A stretch of DNA of 64,000 nt, from the NCBI GenBank assembly GCA_040767085.1, contig JAXGPF010000011.1:96001-160000 (forward strand). Direction: 5' to 3'. This stretch comes from Kiritimatiellia bacterium (lineage in GTDB: Bacteria; Verrucomicrobiota; Kiritimatiellia; JAAZAB01). The notes beneath the pieces were generated by a model. That model ran no database searches, was not told where the DNA came from, and saw only the letters and a list, made by a program, of their open reading frames with translations. The position numbers and the translations under genes were made by a program. Positions 1 through 8,216 of the stretch are shown here, one piece after another. Every line of letters starts with the position of its first letter. Position 1 is the stretch's first letter.

Positions 1-1459
1 CGCCGCCGCCAGCCCCGCCCGCGCCGGCCTGCGCCTCCGCGCCTGCCGCCAGCGCCTTCCGGATATGCTCCCCCATGCGCTCCTGGATGCCCGCCAAGGC
101 CTGATCGAGCCGCCCCATGGCCGCCGTATCCTCAAACACCTTCCCCGTCTCCCAGCCCGAAGCAGCATATGTTTTGACATCCGCAAATCCATCCTGCAAC
201 GCCTTCGCGAATCCCGCGCCCGCCGCCTGGATGCTTTCCCAGCCCCGCTGCATCCGCGCGGCGCCATCGGCGTCGGCTTCTCCGGAGCGCCCGGCAAATT
301 CTTGATTGCGCCGCTCCACCGCCTGGTTATAAGACTCATGCGGCTGTTTAAAATGGCTCAACCCCGGGATATTGCTCAGCGCGTTAAACAGCCACTGCAC
401 GATCATGTCAATCCCCGCCCCCAGGTGCGCGAGCGGCGCGTTAAAGATGCGCAGCAGCGCTGCCCCCAGCGCCTCGAACGCGCCGATCGCCACATCCGCC
501 ATCCCCTTCCACAGCGCCGGGTCCGCCAGCATTTTGAGTTCCTCCCACCACATCCGCGGCAGATTCATAATCCAGCCGGACAACGCACCCAGGGCGGCGG
601 AGAGCGACTGCGTCAGAAAATTCACCGCATGCTGGAACCCCGCAATCAGCGCCGCGCTCACCAATTCCCCCAGGCTGCCATCGCCGAACATCTCCGCAAT
701 CACGGAAAACAGCGCGCCGATCTTCATACCGATCCCCGCCAGGTCAATCGAATCCAGCCAGCCGGAGATGCGCTCCATCACCGGGATAAACGCCGTCAGG
801 ATGCCCATCCACAAGCCATTGATCTTCGTCGTCAGCCGGCCGAAGGAATCGCCAATCGCGTCGAACTGGGCATTCGTGGCATTCACCAGGTTGGGCATCG
901 AGCCCAGGGCCGCGCGCGCGGTCTCAAACCCCTTCGGATCGCTGAACAGTTGCAGCATCGGCGCGCCGGATTTACCAAACACCTTCATCGCCGCCGCGGC
1001 TTTATCCGCCTGGTTAGGCAGCTTATTAATCGCCTTGCCGATCGTCTCGAACTGCTCCGCCGCGCCCATCCCGCGCAGGCTGGCGATGTTCAACCCGAGC
1101 TTTGCAAAGACATCCTTGGTGCTCTGCCCGTCCTCGCTCACTCCTGAAAGCGCCTTGGAAAGCAGCGCCAGGGAAGACGGCAGCATTTCCGCGCCCAGGC
1201 CGGCGTCCATAAACGCCTCGCGCAACACCAGGATATCACCAGCGGTTTCGCCGGTCTGGGCGGCCAGGTCGGAGAGTTCCCCGCCCAACTGAATCGCGTT
1301 CTTGATCCCCGCCATTGCCCCGGCGATGGTCAATCCCGCGCCCGCCACCGCGGCGGCGGCGCCGGCCATACCCAGGGCAATGGATTTTTGCGCCGCCCCC
1401 AGCGCGGCGCTGAACTGGGAATTATCCAGACTGAGCTTGTATTTCAGGGCGCCGCTCAT
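1..1459 (-). CDS. Phage tail tape measure protein (5' part, continues past window start)
   Basis: Read by hand from ATG at 1459: MSGALKYKLSLDNSQFSAALGAAQKSIALGMAGAAAAV...; Ala/Gly-rich; follows the tail chaperone; absent from the ORF track, consistent with no stop inside the window. Confidence 0.85.
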   Translation of the reverse strand, partial: MSGALKYKLSLDNSQFSAALGAAQKSIALGMAGAAAAVAGAGLTIAGAMAGIKNAIQLGGELSDLAAQTGETAGDILVLREAFMDAGLGAEMLPSSLALLSKALSGVSEDGQSTKDVFAKLGLNIASLRGMGAAEQFETIGKAINKLPNQADKAAAAMKVFGKSGAPMLQLFSDPKGFETARAALGSMPNLVNATNAQFDAIGDSFGRLTTKINGLWMGILTAFIPVMERISGWLDSIDLAGIGMKIGALFSVIAEMFGDGSLGELVSAALIAGFQHAVNFLTQSLSAALGALSGWIMNLPRMWWEELKMLADPALWKGMADVAIGAFEALGAALLRIFNAPLAHLGAGIDMIVQWLFNALSNIPGLSHFKQPHESYNQAVERRNQEFAGRSGEADADGAARMQRGWESIQAAGAGFAKALQDGFADVKTYAASGWETGKVFEDTAAMGRLDQALAGIQERMGEHIRKALAAGAEAQAGAGGAGGG

Positions 1460-1579
1460 GTTTCAAAGCTTCCAGTTCCGCGATATATTCCTGCTCCAGG
1501 TAATCCGGCGCCGAGAACTCGCCGCCCTGCCGCAGAGTATTTGCCGCCATCAGCGCGAAGATTTGCGCCAGCGGCCTGG

Positions 1580-2062
1580 TCAACGCGTAGCCGAGCGGCC
1601 AGTGGAACTCGCCGCAGCAGAACTCGAGCGCCGCGAGCCACCACCCAACGCCGTTTTTTTTTCCGTCCGGGTCCCGCCGGCCGCCGGCAGCGCCGTGCCG
1701 AACGCCGCCGCCACGTGCGCGCTGATGGCCTCGGCTAATTTACCGATAGAGGCCAGCGGCAGCGTGGTTGCAAACTCCGGCAACCGCTTGTCCAGCTCAT
1801 CCGCATCGAGCGCGAGCAATTCGGTCATCACGCCCGCCGGCCGGCTCAAGATCAGCAGCGCGCGCAGCAATTCCAAATCATCCCGCGCCGCGGTCCCGGC
1901 CAGGAAACCCTTACAAAAGCGCTTCATCGCCAGGTAATGCGCCATGGTCAGCGGCTGCAGCCGCAGCTCGCCGATCCGGCTGCCGGCGGATTGCGCAAAG
2001 GCCTCTGCCACCACACCCGGGATATCGTTATTTTCCGCCGCGGGTTGCTGATCGGTTGCCAT
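1580..2062 (-). CDS. Tail assembly chaperone (gpG-like); -1 frameshifted GT form would extend to the stop at 1422
   Basis: Lies between tail tube and tape measure; G-A9-C slippery run at 1653-1663. Confidence 0.75.
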   Translation of the reverse strand: MATDQQPAAENNDIPGVVAEAFAQSAGSRIGELRLQPLTMAHYLAMKRFCKGFLAGTAARDDLELLRALLILSRPAGVMTELLALDADELDKRLPEFATTLPLASIGKLAEAISAHVAAAFGTALPAAGGTRTEKKTALGGGSRRSSSAAASSTGRSATR

Positions 2063-2089
2063 ACTAAAATACTCCTGATTAATTCAGTT

Positions 2090-2214
2090 GCGGATGCGCC
2101 ACGCAGTGGCGCTACTACAGTCAGATGCGCCACGCAGTGGCGCCGCTACATCCAGAGGGCCTCTTCTGTAGCGGTCCGGCTTTGCCGGACTCCAGTCCGG
2201 CTTTGCCGGACTAC
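2090..2214. repeat. Cluster of GTAG-type REP-like palindromes
   Basis: Two copies of gatgcgccacgcagtggcgc..ctac and two of gtccggctttgccggac, bounded by GTAG/CTAC. Confidence 0.7.
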
Positions 2215-2216
2215 AA

Positions 2217-2576
2217 TCAAGTCGCCGCCGGGAAGGCATGGAACTTGGTGCCCGTGATCGCGAGCTTTTTCCAGCCCTTGTTTTCCCACTTCTTTTCCGA
2301 GCCTAAGACGATGCCCTCGACCGCGTCCACCTTCAAAGCATCCCCCAAAGCCGGCTCCGGCGTGGCGGTTTCGACGATCACTTCCACCGTCAGCTCATCC
2401 TTGGCGTCGTAGATTGCCAGCCCGGTGGTTTCCCCCTGCTTATCCGGCAGCGGCTCCTGCTCGGCGCCGTGCTTCACGCTCATGCTCTGGACCTTCGCCG
2501 CGGCGAACGTATCCCCTTCTGCCGTCACCACGCCCCAAACGGCCGTTACCCCGGCCGGCTTAATCAAAACTGCCAT
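2217..2576 (-). CDS. Putative major tail tube protein
   Basis: 119 aa beta-rich ORF directly upstream of the chaperone; assigned by synteny. Confidence 0.55.
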   Translation of the reverse strand: MAVLIKPAGVTAVWGVVTAEGDTFAAAKVQSMSVKHGAEQEPLPDKQGETTGLAIYDAKDELTVEVIVETATPEPALGDALKVDAVEGIVLGSEKKWENKGWKKLAITGTKFHAFPAAT

Positions 2577-2597
2577 GATCCACCTCCATTAAAACCC

Positions 2598-3161
2598 TCA
2601 CCCCTCCGCCGGCGGCTCTTCCGGCGGCGCTTCCGGCTCTTCCGGCTCTGGAACCACTGGCGGCCAGACGGCCGTCCGCGGCGTGTCATACGCCATTGCC
2701 GCGTCCAACTCGAAGCTGATCCGATACGCCGAAAGCGGATGCCCCGCCAGCTCTACCGGCTCCGTCCCCGCGTACCGCCATTGCCCGTCCGTCACCTCCG
2801 CGGGCATGATCAGCGAAAAAATCCGGTTCCGCACCTCCGCCACCCGCGCCAGCAGCGCCTTGCGTTCCCCCAGGGTCTCCATCAAGCCCAGGTTCGGCTT
2901 GGCCGTATGCGGCAGCTTATGGCCCACCGTAGCCACCAGCTTATGCGCCACCACTGCCAGGTTGCCGGCCTGCTCCTCCGCCGGCTGCTCGCCGCCCCAG
3001 TGCAGCGCAATCAACAAGCCTGCCGGCCCATCCAGCAGCATCTCCAGCGGCAAGAGCGCGTCCGGAGCGATCACCAAACGCGCGCCGGCGGCCGTGGCGA
3101 ACGCCGCCAGATCGTCATGCACGAGCTTCAGCAAATCCGCTGGTGAAAGTGGCGTCGTCAT
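2598..3161 (-). CDS. Putative tail terminator / Mu gp37-like protein
   Basis: Follows gp36-like gene; AYRISFEL C-terminal motif; synteny. Confidence 0.5.
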   Translation of the reverse strand: MTTPLSPADLLKLVHDDLAAFATAAGARLVIAPDALLPLEMLLDGPAGLLIALHWGGEQPAEEQAGNLAVVAHKLVATVGHKLPHTAKPNLGLMETLGERKALLARVAEVRNRIFSLIMPAEVTDGQWRYAGTEPVELAGHPLSAYRISFELDAAMAYDTPRTAVWPPVVPEPEEPEAPPEEPPAEG

Positions 3162-3568
3162 ACCATCAACCTCCCGCCGCTATATGTCCGTGAAGGCTCG
3201 CTGATGATCGCGCTTTCCGCCGCCGCCGGCGCGGCGAGCGCCGTCTCGCCCTTACCCACCGCGCGCAACACATCCCGCCAGCCATCCGCGGCCTTAGCCA
3301 CGCGTTCCGGCGGCGTGGCGCCCCGCCGGGTAAAGAGCATCTCCAGCGCAATCCAGAGCGCCGCCTGCCGCAACTTCGAAGGGATAGGGGAAGCCGTCAC
3401 CGGTGTGGCAAAACGCGCCTCGATCAACCCATCACACTCCCGGCTGGCTGCCGCCGCCACCTCATCCAGCAGCCCCGTCACCGGCCCCGTCCCCGCGTCA
3501 TCCACCGCCGCATCCCGGTACTCATCCGGCAGCAGCGCCTGCAACTCCGCTGTGGTTACGTAGGCCAT
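3158..3568 (-). CDS. Mu gp36 / DUF1320-like head-tail connector
   Basis: MAYVT...ASRECDGLIEARFATP...LRQAALWIA pattern. Confidence 0.8.
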   Translation of the reverse strand: MAYVTTAELQALLPDEYRDAAVDDAGTGPVTGLLDEVAAAASRECDGLIEARFATPVTASPIPSKLRQAALWIALEMLFTRRGATPPERVAKAADGWRDVLRAVGKGETALAAPAAAESAIISEPSRTYSGGRLMV

Positions 3569-3620
3569 GTTTGTTCAATCCACGCCCCGCCTGGAGGGCG
3601 AACCTGCGGTGAGCCTTCCC

Positions 3621-3998
3621 TTAAGGGAACAACTCGAACACCAACAACGCGCTCGCCGCGTTCGTGCCGAAATCCGCAAAGGGAATCTTATCCCCCTTGA
3701 AGATATAAACCGTGTTCGTCTCCAGGTGCGTCCCCGCGCCCGAAGCGCAGACCACCGAGCCCAGGCTATTCGTCACCGTGCCAATCACGTGCGAAATCGT
3801 GCCCGTAGCCGCCGCCGGCGTCGTGCCCGCCACATCCACCCGCACCAGGCGGCCGACGACGTAATCGCGGGTATTCGTCCACACTCCCGCGCCCCCGGCC
3901 AGCGTCACCGTTTCCCGCAGCGGCGTCAAAGCGCTCGCCACCAGCGCCGCCAGAAACAGCACCACCACCGCCAACCCCAACTGAAAATTAAACTTCAT
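3621..3998 (-). CDS. Phage hypothetical protein with N-terminal signal/TM segment
   Basis: GGAGG RBS before ATG 3998; MKFNFQLGLAVVVLFLAALVASA then beta-rich sequence. Confidence 0.6.
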   Translation of the reverse strand: MKFNFQLGLAVVVLFLAALVASALTPLRETVTLAGGAGVWTNTRDYVVGRLVRVDVAGTTPAAATGTISHVIGTVTNSLGSVVCASGAGTHLETNTVYIFKGDKIPFADFGTNAASALLVFELFP

Positions 3999-4143
3999 CT
4001 GATTGCCTCCTGCTTTTGATTCCCGAAAACTTTTTGCGGGTTGGGCGGCCTGACCTTTCGGCCAAGCCGCCCGTCCCCTCACCCTAACTAGACTCAGATA
4101 CGCCACAACGTCCGGCTTTGCCGGACTACAACCCTTCCGGGTT

Positions 4144-5064
4144 TTATTTGATCTCGATCCGCCGCCCGCAGATGGCGCTCACCACCTGCACGTCCTCGCT
4201 CCAGTCCACCGCCAGCATGTCCGAGCGGTTACTCTCCGCCCGATACAACCGCACGCTCTGCACCCCGCCCCGGTTGCCCCGGAACGTCTTCGCAAAGCTC
4301 GGGTCATAGAGCGACGGCGCCGCGCTGCGGTAAAACACCAGCAGGTTCATCCCCGCGATATTCGACACCTTGCGCGTCGCGCCGGTCTTGGCCGCATTGC
4401 TGGCCATCACGCCGACACGGATTTCGATGCTCGTATTCAGCAGCATCCCCGCCGCGTTTTCGGTAGACACCCCCTGGATCGGCGCCCCCGGCTGCCGCGC
4501 GAGCACCTTCGGATGGCTCCGGAACTTCCGCCAGCCGCCCAGCCCGTACACCAGCCCATTCGGCATCCGGCCGGTTTCATTCGCGATTGCCTCGATCAGC
4601 GAGTCAATCTCATCCACCGGGTCCACATCCGGCGCCGACCAGTTGCCCAGGCCGGCCGTCGCCGCCAGGCCGGCATACACCCGCGCAAACACCCGCACCT
4701 CGTGCGAGAGCACCGCGCTGGTCACCAGTGTGGCCGCCTTCGACTGCTCCAGCCCCAACTGATCATCCCCGGCGGCATCCCGCTCGGCGTCATCAATCGG
4801 CGCCTCCAGCGCATGCGGCCGGCAGTTATAGTCCGCGTCCGAGGCATTGAACTCGATCCGCTTCGCCGGCCCGCCCAGGGCGCGTTCGGTATCCAGCACC
4901 TGGAAATCGTTGCCGTCGTCAAACTTCTTGTGCTTCCCGACCGTGGCCCCCACCGGGACCGTCGGCGCAAGGAACTCCGCCAGCGCGCTCGTCTTGTCCT
5001 GCGAGACGCCCGTGGCGTAATTCGTCAGCGTCGGATTCAAACCGTAATCACTTCTCTTGCCCAT
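4144..5064 (-). CDS. Major capsid protein
   Basis: 306 aa; NPTLTNYATG start, WS..DVDPVDEID, GRMPN motifs; downstream of protease and decoration genes. Confidence 0.85.
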   Translation of the reverse strand: MGKRSDYGLNPTLTNYATGVSQDKTSALAEFLAPTVPVGATVGKHKKFDDGNDFQVLDTERALGGPAKRIEFNASDADYNCRPHALEAPIDDAERDAAGDDQLGLEQSKAATLVTSAVLSHEVRVFARVYAGLAATAGLGNWSAPDVDPVDEIDSLIEAIANETGRMPNGLVYGLGGWRKFRSHPKVLARQPGAPIQGVSTENAAGMLLNTSIEIRVGVMASNAAKTGATRKVSNIAGMNLLVFYRSAAPSLYDPSFAKTFRGNRGGVQSVRLYRAESNRSDMLAVDWSEDVQVVSAICGRRIEIK

Positions 5065-5758
5065 AACCTGTTCCTTCCTTTTTTTGCTCTACTGCAACTC
5101 CGCCGGCGCGCCCTGCGGGCGACCGCGCGAGCACCTTCGGATGGCTCCGGAACTTCCGCCATCCGCCCAGCCCGAACACCAGCCCATTCGGCATCCGGCC
5201 GGTTTCATTCGCGATTGCCTCGATCAGCGAGTCAATCTCATCCACCGGGTCCACATCCGGCGCCGACCAGTTGCCCAGGCCGGCCGTCGCCGCCAGGCCG
5301 GCATACACCCGCGCAAACACCCGCACCTCGTGCGAGAGCACCGCGCTGGTCACCAGTGTGGCCGCCTTCGACTGCTCCAGCCCCAACTGATCATCCCCGG
5401 CGGCATCCCGCTCGGCGTCATCAATCGGCGCCTCCAGCGCATGCGGCCGGCAGTTATAGTCCGCGTCCGAGGCATTGAACTCGATCCGCTTCGCCGGCCC
5501 GCCCAGGGCGCGTTCGGTATCCAGCACCTGGAAATCGTTGCCGTCGTCAAACTTCTTGTGCTTCCCGACCGTGGCCCCCACCGGGACCGTCGGCGCAAGG
5601 AACTCCGCCAGCGCGCTCGTCTTGTCCTGCGAGACGCCCGTGGCGTAATTCGTCAGCGTCGGATTCAAACCGTAATCACTTCTCTTGCCCATAACCTGTT
5701 CCTTCCTTTTTTTGCTCTACTGCAACTCCGCCGGCGCGCCCTGCGGGCGACCGCGCGA
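4495..5758. repeat. 628-bp direct tandem duplication covering the 5' part of the capsid gene
   Basis: 4495-5122 matches 5123-5750; CCGCGCGA microhomology at 4495, 5123 and 5751; two substitutions seen. Confidence 0.95.
5048..5692 (-). pseudogene. Truncated duplicate of the major capsid gene
   Basis: Nearly identical to the capsid up to HPKVLAR, then reads into intergenic sequence. Confidence 0.85.
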
Positions 5759-5759
5759 T

Positions 5760-6161
5760 TTACGATGCGTAAATGATCGGGGCCAGCAGGATCGCCATGA
5801 TCAACTCATTGGCCTCACCCGCTTCCAGCGCCCGCGCGCAGACCACCCGCGCGCCCGTGCCCGCATCCGCGCCGGCCGTGCCGGCCGTGGTTGCGCTCAA
5901 CTGCAACCGCGTGCCCGCCACCACCGTGCCCGGGGCTGCCGCCAGCTTCACCTTCACCGGCCCCGCATTGCCCCCGCAGAGCGCCACCGAATCCTTGCCG
6001 GTCGTATCCTCGCCGTCCAGGATCACCCCATAAGGGTCATCCGTCGCCGGGGTTACCACCAGCGCCGCCAGGCCGGCCGCGGCCGTCACGAAAAACCCGC
6101 GCTTCTCCCTGTGATCCGCCGTCGGCGTCATTGCCACAATCGCCTTATCCATTGCTTCCAT
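5760..6161 (-). CDS. Capsid decoration/cement protein
   Basis: 133 aa Ala/Gly/Thr-rich ORF between protease and capsid; ARALEAG motif. Confidence 0.7.
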   Translation of the reverse strand: MEAMDKAIVAMTPTADHREKRGFFVTAAAGLAALVVTPATDDPYGVILDGEDTTGKDSVALCGGNAGPVKVKLAAAPGTVVAGTRLQLSATTAGTAGADAGTGARVVCARALEAGEANELIMAILLAPIIYAS

Positions 6162-6196
6162 CCCGCGCCTCCTTTACCCTGCGTTAATCTGCGTGC

Positions 6197-6709
6197 TCAA
6201 AACAATTCCGGATGGCGCTTGCGCGCCGTTTCCCAGGCCAGCTCGAAAGTCGTCTTCAGCTCTGCCTGCAAAGCTGATACCGCCGCCGACTGCCGCGCCA
6301 CCCGGTCATTCCCAGCCGGCGTTCCGGCATCCACCGGCGTCTGCCGGCTGAGCGGCACCGTCGCCGCCAGCGCCGCGACATGCTGCTCCAGGTCCTGGAG
6401 CGAGAGCTTTGCGATAGCCTCATCCGTCAGCGCCACCGCCTTCCCCGCCGCGCATGCGCTCGTCAGCAGCGCCTGCTTCTGCAGCGTCTCCTGCCCGGCC
6501 GCCAGCTCATCCGCCCGCGCCGTCAGGCCCGCGATGGCGGAAGCATTCTCCTGCGCCTTGCGCAGCTCCGCGCCCTGCTCATCCACCCATTTGCGCAGCG
6601 CGGTGTTTTCATTCTTCACCGCCTGCAAATCCTGCGTCACCGCCTGCAGCGCCGTATTCAGCGCCGCGATCTGCTCCATCAGCTTTGTCACATCCGTATC
6701 GTCTGGCAT
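6197..6709 (-). CDS. Nested scaffolding protein (Mu gpZ-like internal start)
   Basis: AGGAGG RBS just before in-frame ATG (MPDDTDVTKLMEQ). Confidence 0.6.
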   Translation of the reverse strand: MPDDTDVTKLMEQIAALNTALQAVTQDLQAVKNENTALRKWVDEQGAELRKAQENASAIAGLTARADELAAGQETLQKQALLTSACAAGKAVALTDEAIAKLSLQDLEQHVAALAATVPLSRQTPVDAGTPAGNDRVARQSAAVSALQAELKTTFELAWETARKRHPELF

Positions 6710-7435
6710 GTTGTCCTCCTGGTTGGAATCCGCCGAAAAAAACGTCACATCCCGCAGCGACCCATTCGGACAGAGCGCCACCGAGATCACACCCAGCACC
6801 CGCCGCTGCGCGTCATGCTGGAGCGCCGGCGAAATATCCGCATACTCCCGCGCATACTTCCGCCCCGATTCCGTCCACTCCAGATTCTCCAGCCACACCC
6901 CCGCCTCGCTCCCCGCAGGGGCGGCGTCACACGCCGCGACCGCCGGCTGTCCGCTTCCCGTAGGAGTCCGGCTTTGCCGGACGACCGCATCCTCCGGCAC
7001 GTCCGTCTCCCCAGGTAGGGCGGCCAGTCCCTGGCCGCCGTCCGCTTCCGTGGGTAGGGCGGCCAGTCCCTTGGCCGCCGCGCCATCCCCGTTGGCAGAC
7101 ACCCCAGAGCTTGCGCTCTGGAGTGCCTGCTGTGCGTGGTGCGGTGCGATAACTTTAAGAGTGCCATACGCCGCATGTTGGCGCGGCGGCGGCTGATAAT
7201 GCGGCGAACCCTTCAGGGAATTGTGCTCGAAGTCCAGCACGATGCGCGCAAAACTGCCCCGCGCAATCTGCGCGTTCAGCGCCTGCACGGACTGCTCATC
7301 CACAAGGAAATCACCGCGGTCGGAAGGGTTCCGGCCCCAGTTCAGGAACTTGATGCGCTCCGGCAGATCGCCGGAGGCCAACGCGTGATTAGAGATGCCA
7401 CCCAGCGCTGTTTGCCTCAATTTCATGAGGCGCAT
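6197..7435 (-). CDS. Mu-like prohead protease I with C-terminal scaffold
   Basis: IVLDFEH, LEWT, EYADISP and VALCPNG motifs; coiled-coil C-terminus. Confidence 0.85.
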   Translation of the reverse strand: MRLMKLRQTALGGISNHALASGDLPERIKFLNWGRNPSDRGDFLVDEQSVQALNAQIARGSFARIVLDFEHNSLKGSPHYQPPPRQHAAYGTLKVIAPHHAQQALQSASSGVSANGDGAAAKGLAALPTEADGGQGLAALPGETDVPEDAVVRQSRTPTGSGQPAVAACDAAPAGSEAGVWLENLEWTESGRKYAREYADISPALQHDAQRRVLGVISVALCPNGSLRDVTFFSADSNQEDNMPDDTDVTKLMEQIAALNTALQAVTQDLQAVKNENTALRKWVDEQGAELRKAQENASAIAGLTARADELAAGQETLQKQALLTSACAAGKAVALTDEAIAKLSLQDLEQHVAALAATVPLSRQTPVDAGTPAGNDRVARQSAAVSALQAELKTTFELAWETARKRHPELF

Positions 7436-7485
7436 CCTACGCTGAGAGCAAAAATACCGCTAGGAACAGTGGAATAGGGGGAAAG

Positions 7486-7956
7486 CTAGAACCGCAACGC
7501 CCGGCGGATCGCCATCTCGATCCGTTCCCGCGCCGCCGCCGTCGGCCGGCCATCCGCGTCAAACGGGAAAAACGGCCGCGCCGGAATATGCGCCCGCGGC
7601 GCCCCCAACTGATGAATCGCCGCCAGGGAATACTTACCCACCACACGATCACTTCCAATCGTCACGCTGCGATTGCCCGCATCCATCACCCGCAAACTCT
7701 CCCACAACGCCCCGCCCTTCGCCCGCCGCAGCGGCGCCGAACCCTGCCCCTTGCGCGCGCGCTCGGCCAATGTGCTTTCCTTCAGCGCCGGCCAGGCTGC
7801 CGGCCGCAAATTCGCATCCCCAAACGCCCGCTGCGCCAGGCTCACCGCCGCCTGCCCGCCCTGTAGCAGCGCCGCGCGGGTATTGATCGCCCGCGCCGCC
7901 AGGCGCCGCAATTCCGGCGTGATCCCGTCCGAGACCTTATGCAACTTCAACTGCAT
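7486..7956 (-). CDS. Phage virion morphogenesis protein (Mu gpG-like)
   Basis: RPAAWPALKEST, AAIHQLG and IPARPFFP motifs. Confidence 0.85.
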   Translation of the reverse strand: MQLKLHKVSDGITPELRRLAARAINTRAALLQGGQAAVSLAQRAFGDANLRPAAWPALKESTLAERARKGQGSAPLRRAKGGALWESLRVMDAGNRSVTIGSDRVVGKYSLAAIHQLGAPRAHIPARPFFPFDADGRPTAAARERIEMAIRRALRF

Positions 7957-7958
7957 CC

Positions 7959-8216
7959 TCAATCCCCCTTCGGCGCATCGTCCGGATACTCGATTGTAAA
8001 ATCTTCCTCGTACGATGTAAAATGCGTCAGCTTCCGGAACTCCTCGGAAATTGCTTGAATCTCCGGCGGCCTGGGGAGCGAATATGGATAAGCATCCCAC
8101 AACTTAAACACCAAAGCCTTTATCTTGCTCCGTCCTTGGGGCCCGACATCCGCATACACCTCGAACTGCTTGCGCAGCTCATCCAGATCAACTCCGGTTT
8201 TCTGGTCAATATTCAT
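7959..8216 (-). CDS. Small acidic protein, candidate immunity protein for the MuF toxin
   Basis: 85 aa; start overlaps the MuF-ART stop; AT-richer than neighbours. Confidence 0.6.
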   Translation of the reverse strand: MNIDQKTGVDLDELRKQFEVYADVGPQGRSKIKALVFKLWDAYPYSLPRPPEIQAISEEFRKLTHFTSYEEDFTIEYPDDAPKGD

